Shown here: in pieces, positions 10,469 through 25,400 of the stretch
How positions within the stretch are numbered: the first letter of the stretch is position 1
Layout: each line of letters starts with the position of its first letter
Assembly (NCBI GenBank): GCA_002633005.1
Contig: NMRA01000138.1
Location: 817,986-881,985 of the forward strand
DNA length: 64,000 nt
Direction of reading: 5' to 3'
From: Phoronis australis
Lineage: Eukaryota > Animalia > Phoronida
Translations under genes and position numbers: made by a program
Notes under the pieces: model-generated
Database searches by the model: none
The model's input: the letters and a program-made list of their open reading frames with translations, nothing else
What the model was told of the DNA's origin: nothing

Positions 10469-13400
10469 ATGGGCGATGAAGCTTCCAACTATGAGGTACT
10501 ACTGCTGCACTGTACGCACCAAATCGGGCTGCAAGGGGTACTCAAAGCCCCCAGTTAAGTTCTGCCCCTCCAAATAATTGACATTGGTTTCAGTTTTGTT
10601 GATTTTGAGTGAACATTTGAATATATATATAAATGTATGTGTGTGAAGTTTGGAGTTGATTGTCATGCAGGTGTGTTATTTTGATTGACATTAAACTTAC
10701 TCATGCAAAGATGTATTTCTTCAGGATTTTGATTGATTTGAAAAACGACTATCTGTCCAATGTTAATTGTGAAGTGAATGTAGGATCATTTTGAATCGTG
10801 TAATTAAAAAACTGTCAATTGTCAAGTTCATACTAAAGTGTAAAAAGACCCTCAGGCATATTTTGTCATCTATGAACCATCTATGGACCATCTATGGACC
10901 AACCTATTACAACAAGAATTAATGGGGAGTTATTGGACTGTCTCGACTCAAAAAAGTGTGAACCAAAGCATCATAGACATTTACGTGTTGCTTAATTTTA
11001 TTTTGTAGTGTGTTTAAGAATTTTGTCTTTTTTGCTCTGCATAGAAAATTAAAGTAAGTACGTAATGTTGCTTTTGAGAAAGTAGCATACAGTGCTGTAT
11101 ATTTTGTGGTTGATGTTTATGTTGATCATAGTTACATTTCGTTTTGTTGCATTGTGTCTCGAACCTACACCTAGTTACCCCTGATGTGTAGGAATTAGAA
11201 GAATGCTTTCTTTTGTCATTGTGTGGTTAGTTTACAGGACAATTTGAACTTAAAACAATCATGGAAGAATACCAAATACAGAACTTGTATCTTCTAAACA
11301 ATTTGCAAGGTAACTTGTTCATATGCCAAAGCTTTTGCTCAAAACTGATGCCCTGTTGCCTTGTCAAGTGATTTGTGCTTTACTGCCTAATATAGGGGGT
11401 TACATTGTTTGTGAACAAATTATTATAGTTGAATGTCTCCTGAGTGCACAGAATTTATCATGATTCTAGATACAAAAGTAGCTTGCATTAACTAAATGCA
11501 ATTTCTATGAAATTAATCATTGTGTGTAATTTGTTTTGTTAATACATTGGCTGGGTGGTTGTTATAAAGAATAGAATTAATGAACTATGCGAAACCTAAG
11601 TGCAGTTGTATTGTTCAGTGTCTTTTGTTTGTTAATTCCAACTATATTGTGCATTACATCACTAATTCTGGGGATTTTATCTGCAGTACTGAAATTTTCC
11701 AAATGCATTGTGGAATCATGGTTTGTGGCTGGTAAACGTTTGCTGACATCTGGGATAACTTGTGGATTTTGAGGCTTACTTTTAGTCTTTCTGTTAATAT
11801 GATGGTTTCTTTGTCATTTTCACATCAAAAAGTACATTGTAGTTCTGCTACTTGACTGACAACTGTTGTTTTCCGACATACTTTTTTTACATGTCCCCTG
11901 TGATGTTGTCGGATGTTTATGAGTCACACCGTCCTACAATGCATCAGAAAAATGACAATTGCGCCATAGATGAAATCTCCCAAATTGTAATCAAGCAATA
12001 AAAACGTGTTATGTTTGCTGTATTCCTAATTCATATTTCTTCTCTGTCATTCAGGACGAGTACAATGATGGACGTAAGATCGTCGTTGGCGTCTGCGCCA
12101 TGGCAAGGAAGTCGCACTCTAAACCGATGGGTGAGATCCTCCGTCGGCTTCACCGATTCGAGTATCTGGAGATATGTATTTTTGATGAGCGAGTAATCCT
12201 AGAGGAGCCTGTTGAGTCATGGCCGATCTGTGACACACTGATCTCGTTCTACTCAGCTGGCTTTCCACTGGAGAAGGCTGTTGCGTACTCAAAACTTAGA
12301 AAGCCATTTCTAGTCAATGATTTGGATATGCAGTATGTTATACAGGACAGGTGTGTATAATGCTCTCACAGCTCTCAATGCCCATTCCCCTCTAAAAAAG
12401 ATTGAAAAATCACACGAAATTCGTCTCATGATTTTCAAAAATTCCCTTCAAGTGATTGAAAAATTACCCTCGAGGTTCGAATCACTTGTAACTCACAAAG
12501 GTGACAATTTGAAAGAGCACAATGGCAGAGCCTATGAGGGCTTACAACAGGGTTAGGAGTGCTACTGATGGTGATAGGGAGGTAGAATTTTTCCCTCACC
12601 CCAAAATATTCCCCTGTTGCAAGGCACCCTTCCCCTTGGATGAACGAGGGCCCTGGCTCTTTATAATATCCTAGAAAAGGTGGTAGTGTCAAAACGTATT
12701 GAAGTCGGTGTCTTGTTATTCCGACTGAATAATAGAACGAGTCTTCGTATTGTGAAATTTCACCTGTTATGCCTCCCAACTCACTCTGCTTTGTTCACAT
12801 GATCTTGTTGCACAATTTCTTAGACCACTCGGTTAAGATATTTGTCAACCTTATTGAAGACCTTTCACATTTCATCAAATGCATTTTAGGTATTTATTTG
12901 CAACGTGATACATTTTCTGAATCCTTCATGACTGCAACATCTTACTTGGTGCCTTAAAATGAGGCGTACTTATTGTGCTTTTAAAACAAGGCTTACTTAT
13001 TATCAATTGACCATCATTTTTGCAAATGTTGTCATTTTTTACTTTTAACATGAATTTTCAAAAAACCTGTTCTGTGGGAGATTTGCATTTGAACTACATT
13101 TTCTTGGCATCTATGTGCTTCAAACAGCAGAGATATCAATCGTCGAAATTCCTTGTTTTTAAAAATACATCTTATGCCTTGAAAATATAATATGATATGA
13201 AGTGCCCCTTACGTTTCCAGTAAAAATACATAAATTGCATTTTTGGAGAATAACTACTGAGCGTAGTGCAAGATGAGATCACTTTAAAAAGAAATTTTAT
13301 AGCAGTAAGTCAGTGATCTGAATCAACACATAGTTTATAGCAGTAAGTTTTATAGCAGTAAGTCAGTGATCTGAATCAACACAGTTTATAGCAGTAAGTT

Positions 13401-16400
13401 TTATAGCAGTAAGTCAGTGATCTGAATCAACACAGTTTATAGCAGTAAGTTTTATAGCAGTAAGTCAGTGATCTGAATCAACACAGTTTATAGCAGTAAG
13501 TTTATAGCAGTAAGTCAGTGATCTGAATCAACACATAGTTTATAGCAGTAAGTTTTATAGCAGTAAGTCAGTGATCTGAATCAACACATAGTTTCTTTGT
13601 CAGAATGATGCTTTAATTATTGTTTTAACTTGGAAGATGCTCCACACTTGTACAACTACACATTTGTGCATTTCATTATTTTTTTGTTCCCCACAGGATT
13701 GCTGTTCACAAGTTACTAGAAGACCACGGTATTGACGTGCCAGTATATGCTGTGCTACAGCGGGACAGTAATAACCCTGGTCTGTACTGCATTATTGTAC
13801 TCATTACTTTCTCGATGCCTATTGGTTACGGAAAACATTTAAAGCTACGTACAGCACCACTGAGGTCAAGTTAAAATTGCCAACTTAAGATAAAAAGTGA
13901 CTGTGGTCAGTGGTGAATATACCCTTGAAGCAGTCAGTATAATCTTCTTTATGTTTCATTTGATAATTAAGTGAAGTTAAGAACTCTGTCTCACTAAGTC
14001 AAAAACTTTCTGAAATAAATCGGTATAAAATAAAGATTTTTTAACTTGGCTTTATCATTAGTAAATGTACAATACCACCCCTTAAATACTGTTTTAAATA
14101 CTTTTTTCAATTTAATTTAAGCTGCTTAAATTTAGCCAATTACGTGATCTGTACTTAGAAACATTCAACATTCTCTAGTTGTGCAGATCTGTATGAATTG
14201 TCATTTGTATTGACCAGTCAGTTGTAAGCTAGCTATTGAATCTGAAAACACTGAACATTTTGGTAACAGGTTAAAAGAGCCCATTTGCAGAGATTGTTCT
14301 AACAAGTTCATTGCTCACTTTTCCTGAAAACAAGCTTCTACTTGTATTGATCTGAATAATGTCATTTCTTATGTATCATTAGGGATGTGTAAAATAACCG
14401 AGTTGGAAGATCAAATAGAAATTGATGGTGTCACCATACAAAAACCATTTGTGGAGAAGCCGGTAAATGCTGATGACCACAACGTGTACATATATTACCC
14501 GTCTTCAGCTGGAGGGGGCAGTCAGAAACTGTTTAGGAAGGTTAGTACTACACATGTATAGCAAATTGTAAAATTGATTTTTAGGTTTTGTTTTTTTCTG
14601 GTTGGAGTAATTAGCATTTTTCTCTCGTGTTGAAGATTCCAGTTGAGATTTTGGAGGTCTACCCACTTTTATGTACCCACTTCTACATATGTGGGTGTAT
14701 AATGTCGTCATCTCTGCCCGGTGTCTCGTGTCTTGTGTCTGCTACGGTGACTCCTAACTTGTAGGATGAGGACAACCTTTGGACTTATTGAATTATTGCT
14801 GTGCCACCTAGTGAGAGTTTTTAGTTAATTTGCTTTTACATCTACTGCACCATGTGCCATAATGGATCTTTTTGAAAGTTGGCAAATATGTTTGTGTCAC
14901 GTATGTGATATCTTGCTATAATTTTTCAAAGGGCTCTGTCGTATTGTGTTTCCATTGTAGCAATTTGTTATTTTCTTGACATCGTCTTTAATTTGTATCT
15001 TCCCTCTATTTTCAAATGGTTAGAAAGCCATTGTGAAGTTTCATTGATTTTTACTAAACCAAGGCTGACTATGTTTTTCAGACATGCCTGAGTACCGCTA
15101 TGCCCCTAGCAGCACTATGATATTTTGTACCTGCCTCAATGTCTACCAGCTTTGCTGAATGATTGTCGTAAAATAAGACAGGTGTGCTTCTGATGAGGAG
15201 AGCATGGCTGATGTGGGTTTTTGGACGAATTCAACTACTGCTATGCCCCCTGGTGACAATTTCATTCTTTTGCGTCTATCTTGATATCTACCAAATTTTA
15301 TTAAGGGACAGCATCTGTTCATTTTCTCTCGTCTCCGGTTTGTTCTGCACCCCCTTCATGGCCATTTTAGTAAGCAATGGGGCCCACAACCTTGAGAACA
15401 GAAGGTGGACACTCACTCCATTAGGCCACACTGCCTCCTCTTAGCATCTTGCTGAACTCACTTTCAAGTCGTCTACTGACAAATGGTTCTTGTTTGATTT
15501 TAATTTATTTGTTGTTTTTTGTATTATGATTTCCAGATTGGTAACAAAAGCAGCGTGTACTCTCCAGCCAGTAGGATACGAACAGTGGGCTCTTATATTT
15601 ATGAAGAATTTATGCCTACAGATGGCACTGACATCAAGGTAAAGCCTGGTAGCTGACCCCATTATCAATGAAACTTATGGGCTTATCTCGTCTCATCGGT
15701 TTTCCACTCTGTCTGATGTTTTCTCATCAAAATGCTTTATTGCGTTTTTGTCTTTTTGCAAAATTTCAAAAATAGTTATTATCTATCATGGAACAAGTCT
15801 TTCTTTTGAAAGTTGACCTTTGGTTGTCAGTCAAGTAAAGTCAGTGGTATCTCTTTTGTGACTATTGCGGTGTCGGACCATATACTATTATTGTGACAGA
15901 AAGAATGCTCGTTGCGAAACTGAGGTCTGTACTACTGTGTGACAACAAAAGCAAGAGTTAGCTCTGACTGTGGAGAAACTTCGGACCATATTCATATTGA
16001 AGTTTTGTCTTTGTTGGAGACAGCTTGTGCACTGGCTGTGTTACCATTAGACAAACATAACAGTTTACATGAAGGCTCAGGTTCAAAGTGTATGCAGTGC
16101 ACACAAAGGTACATGTTCTGGGTGTATACAGTGTACATGGTACATGTTCTGGGTGTATACAGTGTACATGGTACATATTCTAGGTGTATACAGTGGGTGC
16201 TGACTATGCTCATGCTGAGGCGAGGAAGTCTCCAGCTCTTGACGGCAAGGTGGAACGAGACCACAATGGAAAAGAGGTCAGATATCCCATCATTCTGTCA
16301 GCCAAGGAGAAACTTATTGCTCGGACCATATCTCTGGCATTCAAGGTATTTATGCAATTTAGGGTCAGGTCAGTAGTTAGACAAATAATTCAAGCAGTTG

Positions 16401-19400
16401 AAATGCACGCTTATATGTGATGTTTCTTGAATGTCTCAAAACAATATTTTTTTGAAGCAATGGATACATCATCAAAATTTGTGATAAAGATGTTGCCTCT
16501 GGTATCATTTTGCTGAGGTATTTTCTAATTAACAATTAGTTAATGTTAAGGTAATGCTCTGTTCCTTTTTACTTTCCTTTGTGTTGCATTTGAAGGTCTA
16601 AAGTACCAAGTGCTAACTGACCTTCGCCACAACAATCCTGTCTGATCAATAACTAAAACATGCTGTCTCTGAGGGTATTAAGCAGGTAGATCAGTGTGCC
16701 TTTATATAATCCCTATTGGCTTCACAATTGACTGGTCTAATGAAAAAGGCTTGAATGTCCAATCAGTAACGATCAGAATTCCTGTATCTAAGATACAAAA
16801 CTTAAGGGGGGGGGGTGAATATCCATGCTGGCATTATCTCCCTTTTCACTCCAGCTTGTGTAATTAGTGTGTCATATTTCATTCAATAAAGATTTCTAAC
16901 AAAAGGATTTGTACCTGTTTTATATTTTATTGTTGGCAATATCATGTCTTTGCTGAAGTTTTAGTTTAGGCCTGCAGCATGGAAAAGCACGTAGACATTG
17001 TGTGAATTGAATAAATATTTGAACTTTGGAATAAAAAGTGTTGTTCATTGCAGCAAACTGTGTGTGGGTTTGATCTACTACGTGCCAATGGTGGTGCTTA
17101 CGTCTGTGATGTCAATGGATTCAGCTTTGTGAAGAATTCAAACAAATACTACGATGATTGTGCCAAAATATTGGGGTAATGTCACTGTTGACTTACTCAT
17201 GTGGACACAGGACTATGACTTGTAGTTTCAGTTGTATTGAGCGAAGTTCTGAGCACGACTAGTTAGTAGGAACATTATTTGCTGTAAATGAAATACTTTT
17301 TACTATAATTATATTAAATCTCACAGTCGTGTCATTTTTATGGAAATTGTTCATGGTATGAAGCCAAGCTTAGTCTGGGTTTGTGTGGAGTGTTTGATCA
17401 TATCAAGAGTGTTGTTTGATCAAAACCTTAGAGCCGCTATTACTCATGTTCTGTGCAACAAGTGAACTTTTGATGTACATCACTTACCTTTATGAAATTG
17501 GTCTCTACTTATTTTTTTCTCAGATGAGAAGTAATTTCTGAGTTTGCAAAGTAGGAACAATTCGTTATTCCTTGAGACCATGCTCTGAGTATCAAAATGA
17601 CACGCCATGACAAACCAACTTGTAGAGCCTTGTCACTTGCATTAACAGTCTGTAAATCTGACATCACCTCTACTTAGACTAAGGGACAATTGAAGACCAA
17701 TTACAGTAAGTGGTCTAAATCAAAAGTTGCGTTTTGTGATGGAACGTGAGTTTTAGCCACTTTAAATCATGCCTAATCTATCTTAGCTTAATGAAAGGTT
17801 AGAAATAAAAATGTACCTTGATTTAGACCAAGTGTCACATCAATCTTTCTCAAAGTCTCTTAATCTTCAGTCTTGTTCATTTATTCATGACATGTTACCA
17901 AATGCTATGTGCTCCTTATTCCTCCTCAAGGCAAATATAATTGCCATCTTTGTCTGTTTCAGTAACCTAATTATGCGCACCCTGGCCCCTCAGCTGTCCA
18001 TTCCATACTCTATAACACTTCAACCAGAAGATATACCTATTGTGCCAACTACCTCAGGAACTATGTAAGTTACTTTTCAGAATTGCACAAAGCATGTAAT
18101 TATTTTTGTTCATGTGATTTTCAACTGAGTGATCTAGAATATGATTTTACTTTTATTAACAGTTAGTTGACCTATGCTGTTAAATGTTCAATTAATTTTT
18201 GTCAAACTGTATTTTGATTAAGCAGCTTGAAATAGGAATTCATTTCTAATACTGTTTCTGAGACAGTTATTGTATTTTTAGCTATAGTTACTTAGTTTTG
18301 TCATTCACTTTTCTTTGCCACTTCAGGATGGAACTTCGGTGTGTAATAGCTGTCATCAGACACGGGGATCGGACCCCAAAACAGAAGATGAAGATGGAAG
18401 TTTGCCATAAATTGTAAGTTGATAAATACCTGTAATCCATCTATGCTCTGGTTGCAAGATGCTACTTAAAATTGTGCCATAATGACAATATGATTATATT
18501 AATTAGAAATTAAAGCTTGTTAGCTTATGTTTTGTGCACACATTACAAGGATAATTTTTGGGTATTTTTAGTTTGCTGTAAGGATTTTTGACTACTGAAG
18601 CTTAACTTGTATCCACAATTTGAAAGTTATTCTTGATCAGTGTTCCAAGGTTGGATTTATTTATTATGCCTGGTAGTCAATGCTTATTAATTTTGTCATG
18701 ATACTTTTTTTGACTTATATTCAAATGCACCAGGAAATGTCTAGTGGCATGTTTGTTTAAAACGTTTCCAAGCGTGCTTTGCTTATATTTATGGACTTCT
18801 TCAATGTAGGACACAGTATGACAGAAAAGGTAAACTTCATTTTGTCAAATTTCTCAATAAAACACAGTCACATTGAGAGGGGATTTCCTTAATAGCTAAT
18901 ATTCTATAGTACCCATGCAGTTATGGTTTGCAGGCACTCACTTTGTATACATATGTTTTTGTGCAATTATATTTTAAAAAAGCTTAAAGTTTATTCCATT
19001 TTGCACATCTGTTGTCTAACAACATTTTTTGTCATTTATTGGAACAGCAACAGTTTGATTCCAGAATTGAAGAATGTTCTCTGCACATAAAATATTTTTA
19101 ATTATGTCAATCTGTTTTTGTCAGATTCTTTGACCTGTTTCAAAAACATGGAGGGATGAAGACGGGCCACTTGAAACTCAAACGTCCCAAACAGCTCCAG
19201 GAGGTGCTAGACATTGCGAGATATCTGTTGCATGAGTTGGACCACAACTCCACTGACTCTATGGAGACGATTGCTGAGAATAGACATAAGTTGGAGCAGC
19301 TAAAGTTTGTTCTGGAGATGTACGTGAATCTTGTTTTTGGATGAGAAGTAAACAAATTTAATGTGAAGTTTACTAACTCATTGTTTACATCCGTAGTTAT

Positions 19401-22400
19401 GTATATGTGTGCACGTAGTAGTACTGTATATGTGTACACTTAGTTACATGTTACTATGTGTGGAGATGGTGTCTGAGCCTACGGTAAAAAATAAGCTGCA
19501 AAGTTGCAATGAACAAAAGTACAAATAATTGTCTTATTTTAATGGAAGCCGTTTAAATTAATTTATTAAATATCAGCAAAATCTCAAGAGTGTTTGATGA
19601 ACAAATATACATCTAAATAATATCCATTTCTTTATTAAAGGAACCTGTAAATATTCTGATTTAAAATCTGTCGAAATCTCAGCAAAATCTTGACACTGTT
19701 TTGCTGTATGTACTTTGCCAAAGTCCATTTATTTCACAAATAGGCAGGTAGAGTGGCTAAGCGCGATTACGTGACTTTAAACTCTAAGGCCTGACTAATA
19801 AGTTGTTTAAAGTGCCATGAAATAATTGTGTCAGATTTCCAAGTGACTGATTCTGTGTAGTGTACTTTGAAGACTTCTGTAGGTGTATCCGCCTATTCCA
19901 GTGAGCAACATTAATTGCGTACGAATCAAGGTAGTCAGCAAATTGCGATGATTTTAATTTTACGTTTTTAATCATGAAATTAAATCCTGTTTCAAAAGAG
20001 GATTTATTAAAGAGTGCAAGAAAGGATAAGAGACACAAAACACCCATTTTAAGAGATAATTTTCTGTATCTACGATGGACACTCGTCTGCACCTATATGT
20101 GAAACTGAGACTCGAACCCTTGTATGAGACATCTGAGCGAATTTATTTCAAAACTAGATGTGCACATAGGCAGTAATACTGGTTATCCATATTGTGTTTC
20201 AGACTGCTTTTTCATCCAATCTTACTTATATTGTTTTGTGATATTGTGAATTATTTGTTCATCAATGCTTTATTGGGCCTAGAGTCTCAGCGCTAATTTC
20301 TCTGTTTTTTCTGAGCATTAGGTTTTTTTAAAACAATGTAACTACACAAGATGGACTTACTATTTTATGACATTGCGTAATTGGGTGTCTTGGGGATTTT
20401 CTGTTCTCACACTATTTCATTATAAGGACCCGGCACTGAGTTGTACTTTACAAGCCTCTTTTGTATTTACTAGGTATGGTCACTTCTCCGGCATCAATAG
20501 AAAAGTTCAATTGAAATATCAACCAGAAGGTGCTCCACCCAAGTCGAGTGATGATGGTAAGTCCCCTTGTGTAATTTCCTCTTTCTTAATATTTGAATGA
20601 CTGTGTGTGTTCATACTATGCACATCCTTGAATGACTTTGTGTTTATACAATGCTCATCCTTTAATGCCTTGGGTAATTTGTCGTGTTTTTATTGTATGC
20701 CTCCACAGAATGTGGGTGCATCTTGCCATCATATGCCCCGCGAAATGCGTCCACTGTTGTGTATCCAACTGGCATGTGCCACTTCTGAAATTTAAGTTTC
20801 TGTTGAGGTGACAACACCATCTCAATTTCTGATGAATTTGACTTATTCTGCATTTCATAGTTTCAATTTTTCATGTTTCCCTTTCTATTTGCCAATCCTC
20901 TCAAAGTGTCATTATAAAAATTGGTAGTTATTTTTCTTCTGAGGCGAGCACAGCTGGTATTGATTTCAGATGGGTTTGGGTAATGAAACATCCCTTAATG
21001 GCAATTCTGTTATAGTTTTTTTTGCCTTGATGCCTACAAAGTTCCTTCATTGATAGGTCTTCATGAAATATGTTTCATAGATGATTATAGCTGAAGTTTG
21101 TATTGGGACACGACCCACTACTATGGCATCCCTTGGTGGCAATTTAGATTTTCTTTTTGCCTCAATTTCGGCCAAGCTCTGTAGATCTTAATGAAATGTC
21201 TCTACGGAGGAAGCCACTTCACCTGATCAGTTTCATTGTTTTTGGCATCTGCGTCCCTATCGACAAACCGCTTAAAAAATCATTAGTTAAATTTCCGATG
21301 TTTTTCTGTTGAGGAGAGCATGGCCAAAATTAATTTTGGACAAATTTATTTCAATGTCTCCTACTGGCAATTGTAGTTTTCTTTTCATTTGTTACAATAC
21401 CCTCCAGGTTCTTTTGTCATTTGTCATTGTGTGTAATCGCATTGAGAAGAACATGGCTGCTGTTGATTTTGGCACAGATTTGACTACTATGGCTTCCATT
21501 AGTGACAGTTTTGTTTTGGACCTGCCTCAATGTTCCTTGATGGATCTTCATGAAGTTAGACTTGTGTTCATGTTGAGAAGAACATGGCTGGTGTTAAGTT
21601 TTAGAAAGATGTGATGTCTGGTGTTCACTTGTGGCAGTTTGTGTTTTTGCTGTGGCTGCATCAATGTCTAACAAATTGATGAATCTTCAAGAAATAAGAC
21701 GTAATTGTGTTCCTATTGAGAAAAGCAGGATTGTCAACATTTGGATGGATCTGACTACTATTGTGCCCTCTAGTGGCTAATTGTGGGTGCATCTGAGTGA
21801 ATGTCTATTAAGTTCTTGGATGCATCTTCATGATATTTGACCATTGATTCTTGTTTCAGTTTCAGTTTTAAAGGCCCAAATGAAGATAATTTGGTCAAGT
21901 GTAAATTGCCAACTTCTGACTGTGAAATGAATCCTAAGTTGCAATGTTTGGTTTGAAACAACCAGTTGTTTACCATAGGGTTGCTTTTTATCTCAAAATA
22001 GAGTTCAGAGACAATGTCTCCATTACGTTTGCATGAGTTTTGTCCTTGTGTGTAATGTATATGGCAAGTGGAATGATGCTCCTACATCATATACATCAAC
22101 AATATAAAGTGTGTGCTGTTTCTTCCTTTATGTAAATAGTGTAAAATCCTGCGTGATCCTTGGCTTCTCCATAATAAATATTTCAAGTGCTTCTTGTAAT
22201 GAAAGTAGGGCTGGTGTTGTTGTCATTGTATTCTTGTATTCTTGTTGTTACAGAGGGGCCAAAAGACCCATCGTTGGTGCTGATTCTCAAGTGGGGTGGG
22301 GAGCTGACCCCCGCGGGCAAGAAACAGGCAGAGGAGCTGGGCAAAGCGTTTAGATGCATGTATCCCGGCGGGCACGGTCTGTCTTGCTTCTTAGGAGCTG

Positions 22401-25400
22401 CTAGATGTCTCGCTTCTGTCAGTGTAGCTATTCTGACTACTGTCCTGTCTAATGTTAGCATTTCTAATTATCCTTCTGTAAAAAACTGTTTATCACGGTG
22501 TTTTCTTGTATGGAGTAGCAATGGCAGTATATATATGGGATGAAATGTTGTGTGATTTGCTGGAAAGGGGGACTGAAACAGATTGAAGTTGACGATGAAC
22601 TGTTAACTGGCTACTGCTTAACTTGAACGAGGACAACAGAGAACAAAATTGTAACTTAATGATAGATTTGAAAGATAAGACAGAGGCAAGAAAGTCAACT
22701 GAGAAATTTTTGCAATAAAATTTTTGCAGATTTTTAACAAGAAGGAACTTTGTCTAATTCTTACAATTTATTGAAAATGTCAATGGTATCATGAAAATAT
22801 TAACTTAAGGCTGTTTGTTCTTGACCTCATCTCTGGTTAGTGCTGTAGTGATTACGGCAAGAACATTGCTAGTCACCATTCGAAATATGCTTAATAAATC
22901 AAGCCACGGTTTCCTGCCAAATTGTTATAAATGTACAATTAATAACTCTTAGGTGGATAATTAGCCGAAAGTGAAAGACAAAGCCAGGTTGTGCATGTTT
23001 TGCTGCACAAATTAGTATGACCATTGAGATCATCAGACCAATCATTGTGATGGTATAGACCCAAGCTGACATTCCATTCAAAATAATCTATGGTTTAATT
23101 GAGTACAGTTTCAATCTCTCCTGTGTTTGAATGAACATTTTGTATTCCTTGAAAAGGGGTATTGCTGTCATGTGAGTCGCCTGCTTTGTGGTATTGCAAA
23201 CTGAGATTTACGTGGTTTTAAAAATCAAAGATACATTTTCGTATTAAGCACCCACTGCCATTTGCCATGCAAGCAAAGACCCTCATAAACAGTCAGGTAT
23301 TTTGTGTTTCTGGGGAAAATCCCTTGTCAACATTAATATTCTTCAAGTAGTTTGATTGTCTGGTTTAACAGCCACATAATGGTCACTTTAGCACATTTTG
23401 GCTCTTTTGAAACAACGCGTCCTCGAGTATTGACCTTTAAATTGTGAGTAAAGATGACTTTAATGTAATGCATTGTGTTGCAGATATGTCTGATTTCTTC
23501 CATGTGGCTAAAATGTTAATGGATGTAAATCAGTTCAAACAAAACAGTCACTCAGTCATCTCGACAAACAACTTAGTGATGTGCTAAATGTTATAGTTCC
23601 CCAGAATGTGTCGTCTGCAAAGTATAGCTTGGTGTTCCTGTTGTGTCAAAACCATGTGAACCATCTGATGCGGTCTACTTGCTGCCTCTACTTTATGTAC
23701 CATCTGATGCGGTCTGTTAGCTGCCTCTTCATTGCTTGCTTAATTTTCTTTTTTCTTTTGTCAGTGCTTGAAAGTCGTTTAGTATGCTGTTTGGCAGTGA
23801 TTTAATTTTTATGGGCCCACATATTTACATGTGGACACATTATGCCGTCATCTCCGTCCGTCCAATGTCCGTCCGGCATCCGTCCGGTGTCCGTCTGGCG
23901 TCTGTCTGACGTACACTGCTCTGTCTCCAAAACCCTTTGATATATGCTCATGAAATTTTGCACTTGTATTTTTTCATGGATGGGACGGCATGAGCGAACT
24001 TTTGGATGGATCCGACTACTGGTGTGCCCCCTAGTGGCAATTTTAGTTTTTTACGTTTACCTCAGCCCGTATCTTCAAAGGTCCTCAACGTGTTTTCATA
24101 AAATTTGGCATGTAGGCATCCGTTAGTGAGATGACGCTACTCTCTGGTGTTCAGATGGATTCGACGTAGTTTGTGCCACCTAGTGGCCATTTTTACTGTT
24201 TCGAGCCTGTTTTTTAGCATCCATCCCTCTTATCAACCAAACCGCACTAAGGATGATTGTGAAAATTGACATGTATGTTCTTACTATAAAGAGGACGACT
24301 CTTGAGGATTTTCCGACGACTTCAACTACTGTGGCACCTCCTAGTGGCAGTTTTGTTTTTTTGTGCCCATGGCTATATCTCCTAAACCGTTTGCAGGATT
24401 TTTACTATATTTAGCAAGTGTATTATGTTGACAACAGACGACTATGACTTTTGGATGGATCTGACTACTGGTGTGCCTCCTAGTGGCAATTTTAGTTTTT
24501 TACATTTATCTCTGTATCTTCAAAGGTCCTGAACAGATTTTCATAAAATTTGAAATATAGGCATCTATTAGTGTGATGACACTATCCTTCTGTTTTCAGA
24601 TGGAATCGAGATATTTTGCACCTCCTAGTGGCTATTTTTACTGTTTTTGAGTCCACCCTCTTTTCAACCAAGCCATTCTAAGGATAATTTTAAAAATTGG
24701 CGTTCTCAGTTGTGGTGCCTCCTAGTGATACTTTTGCACCTATAGCTGTATCTCCTCGACCCATTACAGGATCTTTATTAAATTTTATTAGTAAGTGTAT
24801 TTTTATGAGGCTAAAAAAAGACGACGATGACGTTTAGACGGATCCAATGAAAGCTGTGTCCCCTAGTTGCAATTTCATTTTTTTCTGTTTCCTTTTGTTT
24901 CTCTGAAGTCTCTTGACAGATTTTCATGAAATTTGGTGTATAGCTTTCTATTAAAGAAACAATGGCATGTTCCTGTTTTCAGATAAATTGGACGTTTTTG
25001 CGCCATCCGGTGTCCATTTTTATGATACAAATAAACAACCTTAGAAGCACCCTGTTTGCGGTCCATTTGTGGTCGCATTTCAAGGCTCTGTGTTGCTCTT
25101 GTTGATATGATCTGCAGTGTTTAACTCTGTTCTTGTGATCTACATTCTGTAATTTGTTCCTTTTTCCATTTCTTTTCATTTAACTGCTGAGTGTTTTAAC
25201 ACAGTACACAAATGTGTAATATTTGCCTCCCAGTTGTCAGCAGTTTCTAATGTGTTGTATATCTGAGGACTGGAAAAAGCTTCGTTCTTTTCTCAGACTT
25301 GCAGGGATCTCATGCACACAACATGAGAAAAAAACATAATCAAACAAGTGTTCAAGCTGATTGAAAAGAATATTTAAATGTTTTCAATTTCTCTACAAAA

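Noticed and set aside
1-10469. Gypsy sequence head-to-head with PPIP5K, recalling the human GIN1-PPIP5K2 arrangement
   Set aside because: This is an LTR-, PBS- and gag-bearing element that looks like a recent insertion, not a domesticated intron-containing integrase gene; most likely coincidence.
11238-11309. Extra N-terminal PPIP5K exon ([16 protein letters not shown])
   Set aside because: Ends in phase 1, incompatible with the phase 0 start of exon 12055.
13295-13594. CRISPR-like regular repeats (also 33384, 46041, 48098)
   Set aside because: No unique spacers, no cas genes, eukaryotic intron context.
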